Part shown: piece by piece, positions 1 to 10,814 of the stretch
How the letters are laid out: every line of letters begins with the position of its first letter
How positions within the stretch are numbered: position 1 is the first letter of the stretch
Origin: Chiloscyllium plagiosum
Lineage: Eukaryota
Direction: 5' to 3'
Assembly: GCF_004010195.1 (NCBI RefSeq)
Contig: NC_057753.1
Coordinates: forward strand, 8,703,182-8,741,729
DNA length: 38,548 nt
Notes under the pieces: model-generated
The model's input: the letters and a program-made list of their open reading frames with translations, nothing else
What the model was told of the DNA's origin: nothing
The model's database searches: none
Translations under genes and position numbers: made by a program

Positions 1-510
1 CCCACCACTCGACGCCTGCAGGAAGAAGACCTCTTCTTCCGCCTCGGAATACTTCAATCCTAGTGCATCAATGTAGACTCCACCAGTTTTCTCATTCTCC
101 TTCCCTACCTTATACCTTCCTAACTTGCAGCTGAGCACCGTCCTCTTGACCTGTCCCACCTGCCAATCTACCTTACCACATATCCACTCCACCCTCCCTT
201 CTGACCTATCACCTTCTTCCCCACCTCCATCCACCCATTGTACACTTTGCCAACTTCCCCCACCCTCCTCTCTGACCTTTAACCTCTATCCCCACCCCTT
301 TCACTTATTGTACTCTTTGCTACCTTCTTCCCAGCCTCCCACCCATTTATCTCTCCATCCCAGAGGCTTCCTTCCTCTCTTCCTGATGAAGTGCTTTTTC
401 CCGAAACGTCGATTTTCATGCACCTTAGATGCTGCCTGACCTGTTGTGCTTTTCCAGCACCCCTCTAATCTAGACTCTGCTCTCCCACATCTGCAGTCCT
501 CACTTTTGCC
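1..510 (+). mobile_element. Penelope-like element (Neptune-type) 3' end / pseudo-LTR
   Basis: Frame 1 reads PTTRRLQEEDLFFRLGILQS*CINVDSTSF, a decayed GIY-YIG C-terminal tail. It is followed by a pyrimidine-rich tract and the CTGATGAAG..CCGAAACGTCGA..GATGCTGCCTGACCTG pLTR motif. Confidence 0.8.
379..414 (+). ncRNA. Degenerate minimal hammerhead ribozyme motif in PLE pLTR
   Basis: Core boxes CTGATGA (383-389) and GAAACGTC (403-410) are present, but stem II (GTGC-TTTT-TCCC) and stem I are mispaired. Confidence 0.6.
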
Positions 511-1861
511 TAGTTGATTTTAACCTTACTGCTAATCCTCTTGCATGGATGCTTACCTTAAAGACGTTTCCTTCCCCTCTCTACAAGAATCTCAGTGAGT
601 CTCTCTCTCTCTCTCATTGCAACCCGGGTCATCTCCTCTGCCCTGAAGCTCTTCAACCCTGTCCTGAAACAGACTCGCTACCACAGCCACATTTGCTACC
701 TCAGTGACAGCCTCCATAACCAACTGACCCCACATGGACTCCAGACTGCATTTAAACCAGCAGAGTTCGGAACCAAACAGGACAACCTGTACAGACTACA
801 GATTCAAAACCACCAGCTATGGTTCTCCTTCAGGATCCTCCGCTCCACACACACAGCAATGTGCCGGCACCTAACCTCTCTACAGCTAGCACTACCTCAA
901 CTGAGGGCCACACTCTCTCAGAACTGCAAAGGGCCCATTCTGTACGATATTCTAAGAAGGATTCATACTCTCAACAAACAGTATTTCAACACCATCTTAA
1001 ACATCAAGAACTGCAAGTACAACAAACTTTTATGCACCCACCTCCATAGCCAGCACGCCTCAAACATCCCCAGCCTCTGGAACTGCTCGGACGCCATTAG
1101 GCATGCGGCTGGTACAGCTAGCATCCAAACGGCGATCGATGACGGCACTTCCTCCCCATCATGGCCACTTCCACAGCCAATTCCGCCCCTCACGATTCCT
1201 CATGCGTCACACGTAACATCTCTTCGGCCCCCACGTCAGCACTGACGTCACGCACTCAGCGACTTACGCCCGACCTATTGCCGTGTTCGCCACCACCTCT
1301 GCCCCCACCAACACCATTCACCTGCATTCTGCTGACACAACCCCATAGATAACATTGTCACCATTCCCGCACCCCAGAAACCCGGGGGGATCATCACCAC
1401 TGCTCATGATTCCACCCCATTCCCCGTAAAACGACGTCCACTCCAGTTACAGGCTCCAACCCCACTGGCATTTGCACACCCACAGCAGTTCCCAACGCCC
1501 AGTGCTGCCAAATGTTCACCATAGACCCACACCTTCCCCTCCGTGAGGACGAATGATCGGTCCTCAGCAAAATCTGTACCTTTGTCCGCTTCCGCCCATG
1601 CATCAATGAATTTAATACACATCATGACATCAAACACTTCTTCCACCGCCTCCACATCCAGGCTTACTTATTCAATCAGGACTCCTGCCCACCTTCCGAG
1701 GACCCCTTTGCCTGCCTCCAACACACCCCATTCACCTGGACACCTGAGCGGACCTATTACCCACCCTCGATCTCTTCATTTCCAACTGCCACCTCCGAGC
1801 TTAATTTTTCAATCAGGACTCCCTCCAACCTACTGAGGACCCCTCTGCCTGCCTCCAATAT
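511..1861 (+). mobile_element. Penelope-like element ORF, N-terminal remnant
   Basis: ORF 595-1245 (ISSALKLFNPVLKQTRYHSHIC...) and the later MFTIDPHLPLREDE*SVLSKICTFVRFRP...FFHRLHIQAY resemble PLE N-terminal regions. The segment directly follows the pLTR and carries stops and frameshifts. Confidence 0.7.
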
Positions 1862-2771
1862 CATAGGTAATAGGTAATAGACAATAGGTGCAGGAGTACG
1901 CCATTATGCCCTTGGAGCCTGCACCACCATTCAATATGATCATGGCTGATCATCCATAATCAGTATCCTTTTTATGCCTTATCTCCATAACCATTGATTC
2001 CACTATTCTTGAGAGCTCTATCCAACTTTTTATTAAATGAATCCAGAGACTGGGCCTCCACTGCCTTCTGGGGCAGAGCATTCCATACAGCCACCACTCT
2101 CTGGGTGAAGACATTTCTCCTCATCTCTGTCCTAAATGGTCTGCCCCGTACTTTTAAGCTGTGGCCTCTGGTTCGGCATTCACCCATCAGCGGAAACATG
2201 TTTCCTGCCTCCAGAGTGTCCAACCCTTTAATAATCTTATATGTCTCAATCAGATCCCCTCTCAGTCTGCTAAACTCAAGGGTATACAAGCCCAGTCGCT
2301 TGAGTCTTTCAGTGTAAGGTAGTCTCGCCATTCCAGGAATTGACCTCGTGAACCTACGCTGCATTTCCTCAATAGCCAGAATGTCTTTCCTCAAGTTTGG
2401 AGACCAGAACTGCACACAATACTCCAGGTGTGGTCTCACCAGCTGCAGAAGAACCGCTTTGCTTCTATATTCAATCCCTCTTGTTATGAAGGCCAGCATG
2501 CTATTAGCCTTCTTCACTACCTGCTGTACCTGCATGCTTACCTTCATTGACTGGTGTATAAGAACACCGAGATTTCTCTGTACTGCCCTTTTACCCAAAT
2601 TGATTCCATTTAGGTAGTAATCTGCCTTCCTGTTCTTGCCATCAAAGTGGATAACCATACATTTATTCACATTACACTGCATCTTCCATGCATCTGACCA
2701 CTCACCTAACCTGTCCAAGTCACCCTGTAATCTCCTAACATCCTCATCACATTTCACCCTGCCACCCAGCT
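1862..2771 (-). mobile_element. CR1-type LINE, 5'-truncated 3' fragment inserted in the PLE
   Basis: ORF 1972-2781 encodes the RT C-terminus (LQGDLDRLGEW, LVRPHLEYCVQFWSP, RLRGDLIETYKI, TRGHSLK). A CR1 3'UTR and short (TATTACC)n tail lie at 1862-1960. Confidence 0.92.
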
Positions 2772-2862
2772 TATTCTCCATTCATCTGGACACCTGTGCT
2801 GAACTATTATCCACCCTCGATCTCTTTATTTCCAACTGCCGCCAGGACATCAACCGCCTCTA
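2772..2862 (+). mobile_element. Continuation of the PLE ORF after the CR1 insertion
   Basis: Reads LLSTLDLFISNCRQDINRL and matches 1728-1790 at nucleotide level. Confidence 0.75.
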
Positions 2863-2865
2863 CTG

Positions 2866-3095
2866 TTGGGGAGGTTTTAAACTAATGTGGCAGGGGACTA
2901 TGAACCAGAAGAGAAAACAAGTAGGCAGCGAGGTGGAGACTGGAAACTGTAAGAATCATGAAGATAACATTAATGAAGGGAAGAATAGGCAGACAGCAGG
3001 TGAGCACAAAAGAACTGGTGGCCTGAAATGCATCTACTTTACTGCAAGGAATATAGTGTGTAAGACAAATGAACTTAGGGCTTGGATTGGTAATT
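2866..3095 (+). mobile_element. CR1 fragment: ORF1 end / ORF2 endonuclease start
   Basis: GGFKLMWQG followed by LKCIYFTARNIVCKTNELRAWIG, the APE endonuclease N-terminal motif. Confidence 0.75.
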
Positions 3096-3499
3096 GATAA
3101 AATTATTCTGCAATTGCAGAACGGAATCCTACAACGCCTAGTATATAACTTTCACTCACAAATCATTTGTAAATATTATTACATCATTGGAAAAGTTAAT
3201 AGAACAAAAGACATTCATAGACATCGCATTTAGAAGAGAATGTGTCACCAGTTAAGAGGACAAAGAATCTTTTGTAAAGGAGAAGAGATCGACCAGTGAA
3301 GACAAAAGTGATTTTTTTTCTCGAAGGGTTCTGCATTTTAGCATTACCTTTCTGGAATTACATTGAATGCACAATCCTTAAGTATTCTGAAGGAAGTATT
3401 ATATCGGCTCCTGATTTCAAAGGGAGTGTAGGATTATTGGGATTATGTAGAATGTAGGGTTGAGGTTAAAATCAGAAAGAGTAAGTGACAATACTGACA

Positions 3500-3862
3500 A
3501 TACTACGATTCTGAGAGAGGTATTTTGTCCTTTTTTAAAGAGAACCTTTGAGCTAGTAATAGTGAGTTGTATCTTCCAAGACACTAAAGTAACAACTTCT
3601 GAGACTCTAGGATTCTTTAAGTTAAAACAATAGATGAAGTACGATGAAGTGGAGTCAGGCTCCGACACAGCAAGGGTTTTAATGTAGCATTCAGTTGTTT
3701 ACGTTTTGAAGTTGGCTGTGGAAACTGGTATACGCCTCGCTCTGCCATAACAAACAGCTGGACTAGAGAAGCGCCACATGTGAGACAATCCATTTCAGTA
3801 AACTTTTCGTTGACAATGGTGTGTTCATGAGACGTCAGTATATTTGAACAAACTCACGATTA
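3500..3862 (+). repeat. Possible LTR-like repeat fragment
   Basis: Non-coding. The distal part shares short ordered motifs (CATGTGAGA..AATC, TGTT(C/T)ATG, ATTAGT) with 7555-7655. Confidence 0.3.
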
Positions 3863-5215
3863 GTATGTTGCCTCCCAGATGCCAGGGTTCGTGCCCTCAC
3901 TGATCGTGTTTTTGAGATGCTTGAAGGGGAGGGGGAGCAGCTCCAAGTCGTGATAAACATAGACAACAAAGACAAAGGTAGGAGGAATGGTGGGATCTAA
4001 GCCAGAAATTCAGGGAGCTCGGTTGGAAGCTTAGAGCGAGAACAAATATAATTTGTTACCCATGCCACGTGCTCGTAAAGCGAGGAAGAGGGAGCGACCG
4101 GAGCTGGACACGTGGGCTGCAGGGATGGTGCAGGACGGACGGTTTTGGATTCATGGATAATTGGAGTTCTTTCGTGGGAAGCTGGGACCTCTACAACCAG
4201 GATGATCTTCGTCTGAACCAGTAGGGTACTAATATCCTGGGGGGATAAATTTGCTAAGGCTCTTTGGGGGATTTAAACTAATACAACAGGAGGATGGGAA
4301 CCTGAATTGTAGTTCCAGTGTGCAGAAGGTTGAGGGTAGTGAGGGCATGGAGAGCTTACAAGATCGCAAGAGGGCACTGGCAATCAGGATGGTAGATGGA
4401 AATGTGTGTATTTCAATGCCAGGAGCATTCGGAATAACATGGGTGAAGTTTCAGTATGGGTTAGTACCTGGGATTTCGATGTTTTAGCCATTTAAGAGAC
4501 ATGGCCACAGGAGAGACAGTAATGTTGTGTAGATTCTGGGATTTAGATGTTTTAGCAAGAACGGAGAAGATGGTTAAAGAGGCGGGTGTGGGGCATGGTT
4601 AATCAAGGGCAGTATTACAGCAGATGAGATAACGTTTGAGGACTCATCCACAGAGGTAGTTTGGGCTGAGGTTAGAAACAGGAAAGGAGAGGTCACTCTG
4701 TTGGGAGTTTTCTCTAGGCCTCCGAATTGTTCCAGAGATGTAGAAGAAAGGATACCAAGATGATTCTTGATAGGAACGACAGTAACAGCGTAGCTGTTAT
4801 GGGTGCTTTAACTTCTCCAAACTTGATTGGGAATGCTATAGTTCAAGTAGTTTAAATGTGTTAGTTTTTTGTTCAAAGTGTGCAGGAGGGTTTTCTGTCA
4901 CAGGCCAACAAGGGGCGATGTCATATTGGATTTGATATGGGGAATGAACCTGGCCAGATGTTAGATATGGAGGTAGGTGAGTGCTTTGGTGACAGTGACC
5001 ATAATTCCGTTGTGTTAACAATATCAACGGCAGGAATAGGGATATACCACAGGGAAAGAGGTATAACTGCTTCAAAGACAATTATGATTCGATTAGGTAA
5101 GATTTGGGATGCATAGGTTGTTGCAGGAAACTACAGGGGACGGACACTCTTGAAATGTGGAGCTTATTCAAGGAACAGCTACTGCAGGTCCTTGATAAGT
5201 ATACACCTATCAGCG
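3863..5215 (+). mobile_element. CR1 fragment: ORF1 esterase-like region and ORF2 endonuclease
   Basis: Decayed CCLPDARVR, LKGEGEQ, VVWAEVRNRKGEVTLLGVFSRPPN and FGDSDHNSV motifs; similar to 34786-35600. Confidence 0.85.
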
Positions 5216-5420
5216 AGTTTTGAGAAGATTTGTAGCTCAGGCTGAGGTTCTGGATGTGGGTTTGCTCGCTGAGCTGGAAGGTTCGTTTTGCAGACGTTTT
5301 GTCACCATACGAGGGAACGTCATCAGTGAGTCTCCACATGAAACACTGATGGTATGACCAGCTTTGTATTTATGCGTTTAGGTTTCCTTGGTTTGGCGAT
5401 ATCACTTACGGTGGTGACGT
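5216..5420 (-). mobile_element. PLE (Penelope/Poseidon-type) 3' terminal fragment with mutated hammerhead
   Basis: Homologous to 18240-18420. The minus strand reads CTGATGA-CGTTCCCTCGTATGGTGAC-AAAACGTC, with GAAA changed to AAAA. Confidence 0.75.
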
Positions 5421-5424
5421 TGGG

Positions 5425-5596
5425 GCGTCGAACGGCTTGCCAGCAACAGATGTAGACTCTCCGAAGTTAAGCACATTTAAATAGGCATTAGACATACATG
5501 CGGATAATAATGAACGGTGGAGGTTAGATGGGCATCAGATTAGTTTCGCATGTCGCCACAATATTGACGGCCGAAGGGTCTGTACTGTGGTGTAAA
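5425..5596 (+). mobile_element. CR1 3' end
   Basis: GGCCGAAGGGTCTGTACTGTGGTGTAA..CTATGTTCTA terminus; similar to 37430-37603. Confidence 0.75.
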
Positions 5597-5737
5597 GTTA
5601 CATATACTATGTTCTAAAACTAACCGCAGACATGTTTTGACGACTTTAATGAGGAAAGAAAGTGGTGTACAGTAGTGGAGGAATAAACTGACTGAAACAG
5701 ATTGTAAGTGTGAAATTTTATACTTTAAAGTCAACGT

Positions 5738-7470
5738 CATAGAACATGGGACATTACAGGGCAGTACAGGCCCTTCGGCCCACAATGTTGCGCCGAATTA
5801 TGAAACTAATTTGAAGTCCATCTAACCTACTCTATTCCATTTTCATCCATATGTGTATCCAATAACCATTCAAATGCACTTACATTTGGCGGGTCTACTC
5901 CTGTTGCAGGCAGGAGTTCCACGACCCTCCTACTCTCTGAGTAAAGAAACTACTTCTGATATCTGTTGTATAGCTATAGCCGCTCAATTTGAATGTATGG
6001 CATCTCGTACTACTCACCACTATCCGAGGAAAAAGGCTTTCACTGTCCACCCTATCAAACCCTCTGACTAACTTATATGTCTCAATTAAGTCACCTCTTA
6101 ACCTTTATCTCTCTACGAAAACAGCTTCAGCTCCCTGATAATACCGTCCCTTCATACGAGGCAGCATTCCAGCAAATCTCCTCGGACCTTTTCAAAACTT
6201 TTGCATCCTTCTTATAATGCGGTGAACGTAACTGTACACAATACTCAAAGTGCAGCTGCACCAGAGTTTTGTACAGCTGCAACATGACCTAATGGCTCCG
6301 AAACTCAACCCCTCTACTTTAAAAGCTAGCGCACCGTCTGTCCTCTTAACAACTCTATTAACATGGGTGAAAACGTTTAGGAATCAATGTGATTGGCCAC
6401 CGAGAGGTCCCTGCTCATCTCCAGTACCCAGTATTCTTGTTGCTCCTTCCAAAGTGAATCACCTCACATTTTTCCGCATTAACCTTCATTTGCCACCTCC
6501 CAACCCAGCTCTGCAGCTCCTGTTTCCATCTGTAAACTGTAACATCCTTCAGCAGTATCCAACACTACACAGACCTTATTTTGATTTGTAAATTTACTAA
6601 CCCATCCTTCTACGCCCTGATCCAGGGCATTTATGAAAGTGACAAAGAGCTGCCGCCCTAAAACAAATCCGTGAGGTCCACCACTTCTGAACTGAACTCC
6701 CAGGATGAACATTTCCGTTCAAACACCACCCCCTGTCTTCTTTCAGCGAGCCAATTTCTGATGCAAACCACCAAATCATCCTCAATCCCACATCTCCATG
6801 TTGTGTGCAGTAGCCTACCGTGGAACCTTAACAAATGCCGTACTGCAGTCCATATGTGGTACAGTGGTTAGCACTGCTGCCTCACAGTGCCAGAGACTCG
6901 CGTCCAATTTCCGCCTCAGGTGACTCTCTGTGTGGAGTTTGCACATTCTCCCCGTGTCTGCGTGGGTCTCCTCGAGGTGCTCCGGTTACTTCCCACAATC
7001 CAAAAATGTGCAGGTTAGGTGAATTGGCCATGCTAAATTGCCCGTAGTGTTAGGTGAAGGGGTAAATGTAGGAGAATGGGTCTGGGTGGGTTACACTTCG
7101 GCGGGTCGGTGTGGACTTGTTGGGCCGAAGGGCCTGTTTCCACAATGTAAGTAATCTAAAAACATCAACCACTTCACCTTCAACCGTCTGTTTGGTTACA
7201 TCCTCAAAGAACTCAGTCAAGTTTCTGAAGCATGACCGACTCTTCACAAAGCTGTGTTGACTATTCCCAATCAACTTATTCCTCTCTACATGATTATAAA
7301 TCCTTTCTCTTATAACCCTTTCCAACACTTTATCCACAACTGAAGTCAGGCTACTTGTCTATAATTACAAGAGTTGTCTCCACTCCCCTTCCAGAACAAA
7401 GGGACAGCATTTGCTATCCTCCAGTCTTCTGACACTATTCTGTAGACAGTGACGACATAAACATCACAAG
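5738..7470 (-). mobile_element. CR1 RT/3' fragment interrupted by a SINE
   Basis: 3' terminus at 5738-5790. RT peptides FINALDQGVEGWVSKF and KVLERVIRERIYNHVERNKLIGNSQHSFVKSRSC lie on either side of the SINE. Confidence 0.85.
6856..7160 (+). mobile_element. tRNA-derived SINE (HE1/V-SINE type)
   Basis: tRNA-like head (TGGTACAGTGGTTAGCACTGCTGCCTCACAG), V-domain core (GTGGAGTTTGCACATTCTCCCCGTGTCTGCGTGGG) and CR1-like tail (TGGGCCGAAGGGCCTGTTTCC..TAATCTA). Confidence 0.9.
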
Positions 7471-7479
7471 TATTCTGGG

Positions 7480-7897
7480 TCGCAAAAGAGCTGTAAGCAT
7501 CAGTGAATGCCTTCTGGTGTCTTATCTTGATGTTTCCTTTACAGTCTGGATTAAGGACTGCATGTGAGAATCTGTGCCTGAATTTGCCTTTTTACCGGGG
7601 GTGAGGTGGGGGTGCTGTTTATGGGATTTTACTATGATGGAACGGTTTATTAGTGATACTTATTGTCTCTTATTCTTTTAGGTTTTCCAGTAGCTAACTT
7701 ATTCTAAAATCCCCTTTCTTTTGCTTTTAGTTTAACTGTAATGTTAAAATAAATTGTTTTTGATGACTTCGCATGGCTTCAACAGTCGCATTGTATCTGG
7801 AGCATGACATTTGACATTGACATTTAAAATAAGAAAGCGTTAGTGTCCGGTCTATCTTCTTAAAATATTTTGAATGGGTCTGGTCTAGTCTATAACA
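7480..7897 (+). repeat. LTR-like repeat, 3' part
   Basis: AATAAA at 7748-7753 and a terminus GGTCTAGTCTATAACA. Its reverse complement resembles 12607-12830. Confidence 0.5.
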
Positions 7898-8004
7898 CCT
7901 GTGACTATTTTCACAGTCTCTTTCTCTGAGTGGCAAATTAACTTGGCGTTTCATTTCAACATACTCCTACTGTCTTGCTTATTGGCGTCTAAGCTTTACC
8001 TCAC

Positions 8005-8630
8005 TGAATCATAATGGCAGAAGAGGCTGTTCGCACCATCGACACCGTTTTGACCTGTCTCCACTCACCCCAATTTCCAAAAGTTTGTGCATGCTTGAAG
8101 TGATCGTCCACAAAAGTTTTCTAACAGTTGTCCAGCTTCCTACTGTAATGTTCCCTTGAGCCGCACATGCTTCATCCCCAAACATTTCCATTTAGAGAAA
8201 ATTTTTTTCGTCAAATCCCCTCTAACATTCTGCTATTCACCCTAAAATTATAGCCCCGCATAACTGATCCTTCAGCTGAGGGCAACGACTGCTCCCCATC
8301 TAATGTGTCTTTGCTCATCATAATCTTATATACCTCAACCGAGACTCCCCTCAGCTCCCGCTATGCATAGGGAAACGACCGAAAGCTTTGCAGTATCTCT
8401 TGAGAGGGAAAATGCTCCATGTCAACTTACATCCCAGTGAATCCTTTTTACATCTCTTCCTGTTCAACCGGATCATTCCTGGAGAGTGGCGAGCAGAACT
8501 GCAGGCTAACCAAATGTCCTACAACTTCCAAATAACCTTCACTTTTTTTTAAATAATCAACACTGCCATTGTTAAATGCAAGTATCATTCATGAATTCCC
8601 ACACATTCTCTTAAATTACCCTATCCTAGT
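8005..8630 (-). mobile_element. Old CR1/L2-type LINE 3' remnant
   Basis: Highly decayed similarity to the reverse-complemented CR1 3' ends elsewhere in the window (e.g. ATAATCTTATATACCTCAA). Confidence 0.55.
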
Positions 8631-8909
8631 AATATTTCAAATGTTCAGTTTCAAATTATTTCACCAAACATTTCTCAGGTGATTTTAATCGGCAGTCATT
8701 CTTCAAACGAGGATCAGAAAATAGAACCGAACACGTGTTTAGCGTTTTACTCGTTGGCTGCCTTATGTTTCATTTCAGGAAAGTTCCTCTGAAATTAGTC
8801 GCACCGTAAATTGTGGACACTCAGCAGCAAATTATGAGATGTTATGTCTGAGGACACACGAAGCCCGTATGAAGGTGGCATGAGTGAATCTTAATCAAGT
8901 AATTTGCTA

Positions 8910-9930
8910 TGATAGCAGAGGTAATGAATGGGGTAAACATTTTGACGCTTTGTTCATTCTATTAAAAACCAAAATTGATAAAGTGTTGCACCATGGAGTT
9001 GTCAGAAAACCTGAAGACCATGCAATAAAATGGGCAGGAAGACATATATGACAATTCAATCTATTGTAGAAAACAAAGTTTAGCAGGGAAAAGTTTTGTT
9101 TCAAATGAGGGAAGTTTAACACATTGTTATTAAAGCATACTTTGGACGGAAGTTGTCAAAATGTGTTATCAATTTAACCATTTTGGTTTGGAGCCGTGCA
9201 TTGTGTACTGCAAAGGAAGTTCAGGCCATGATCAGCCAGTTGTGTTCACAAAAGGAAAGAAAGTAAAACAAAGCTAGTGGTTAGGAGGCCAGGTTTGAAA
9301 ATTATCTTGAGGTTCCTGATCAAAACGTCCTGCATAATCTTCAACACTGGGGAAAGGAATGTGTTAGATAGATAGTAGATGACTTGCCATTAATGAAGTA
9401 AGTACGTAGCAGTTGGTACCGCAGAGTCGGGGAGAACGTGATGGCCAAGCGGAGTCAGAGTGCTGTCAGGTGCGGGAGAGTTTCAGTTACAAATAGAGAT
9501 TGGACTGACATGGACTCTTTTCCTTCGAGCAGAATGAGTTGAAAAGGAGCATGATTGAGACGTAAAAGATTTTGACGGGACACAGATAGTTGAACAGGAG
9601 TACACTGTTGCCCACAATGGAGGTATTAATCACTGAGGGTCATAGATTTAATTTAAGTTTAAGAAGGTTCAGAGAGCATGTGAGATAAACCTTTTTTCAC
9701 TGAAAAGATGGTGGGAATCTGGAACCCACTGTCTGTAATTGTGGCAGAGCCAAATATATTGATAACATTTTAGAAATATGTGGATGTGCACTTGCGATGA
9801 AAAGACGAGCAAAGCCAAGGACAAGTGGAAGAAGGGATTCGAATAGTTAGATCGTTATTTTTGGATCAGCATAGATCTGACAGGCCAAGGGAGCCATTTT
9901 TCTGTGCCGTAGATTTCTCTGACTCTTTGA
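8910..9930 (+). mobile_element. Old CR1/L2-type LINE RT/3' remnant
   Basis: Decayed DKV.H, MIET*KIL, TEGHRF and VGIWNPL motifs, ending in TCTGTGCCGTAGATTTCTCTGACTCTTTGA. Confidence 0.6.
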
Positions 9931-9966
9931 TTTCTTGACTAGCCATTTTGGTCTTTTTTTCTGAAG

Positions 9967-10062
9967 AGAGGGAGTTTGACTGTTTGATGCTCCAGCATGG
10001 GGATGAGAACATTCCTTGCTTAACCTCCTTTCACAAGCCATGGACGTTTCGCAGAAAAGAAG
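9967..10062 (+). other. Candidate 96-nt exon of unknown gene
   Basis: Polypyrimidine tract plus AG (9965-9966), AAG|GTAAGT donor, and one open frame only (phase 1-1): REFDCLMLQHGDENIPCLTSFHKPWTFRRKE. Confidence 0.35.
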
Positions 10063-10169
10063 GTAAGTAATATTTCAAGATTTTAAATTTAATTTTCCTG
10101 TGAACACAGAAATAGGAAGGCTGATTCACCAGTCTGCCTCTGTCACGTAAACATATATTGACATATTTT

Positions 10170-10810
10170 AAAGACTGACTGAAACGGTAAACAGTGAACA
10201 TGAAAAAACTGATGATTCACGATTTGGCAGTCACTGAACAGTGGCGCAGCACAAGGATCAGTACGAGGTCCCCAGGTTTTCATTACACAATCAATGATTT
10301 GGAAGTGAGTCAAACGCGAGCATGTGTGTATTGCGAACTGCGCAAAGTGGGCTTATGGAGTATTAAACTCGAGACATCGTATGCATACTCAAGTATGGAA
10401 AACGAGAGGTCATCCATTTTGGTAGAAAGCGCAGATGTGCAGTGCAGTTCTTAAAGGCGAAAAGGTTGAAACGTGCAGTTGTGCAAAAGGACCTTGGTGT
10501 CATCGCAAATAAACAGAAGGTTAACAGGCAAATGAAACGTGTAATTTGGAAATATAGCAGTATGCAAATCTTTACTACATATAAACGTAAGCACACAAGT
10601 CGTGAAGCATTGTACCAATTGATTGGAAGCTTGTTCTGATTTCATCTGGCGTACTGGGGGTATCTTTGGTTCTATTAACTAACAGAGGAAATTATAGTCA
10701 TATGAGAATTCAACAAAAGTTTTCCGGAGTCTTTCTGGAATACTGGAGTTGCCCTGTGAATTGTGGTTAGAGAATCTTGACCGATCATCTCCATTGTACT
10801 AGAAGACAAG
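10170..10810 (+). mobile_element. Old CR1-type RT remnant
   Basis: Decayed YTINDLE, VIHFGRK and AVVQKDLGVI motifs. Confidence 0.6.
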
Positions 10811-10814
10811 AGGT

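Noticed and set aside
595..1245. 216-aa ORF as a host gene
   Set aside because: It follows a PLE pLTR, lacks an ATG start, and continues into frameshifted PLE sequence.
1972..2781. 269-aa RT-like ORF as a functional or domesticated gene
   Set aside because: It is the 5'-truncated end of a CR1, lacks the catalytic FADD region, and its start codon comes from flanking PLE DNA.
8779..8874. Possible exon after CATTTCAG
   Set aside because: Weak donor (GTGGCA), unrecognisable peptide and no supporting context.
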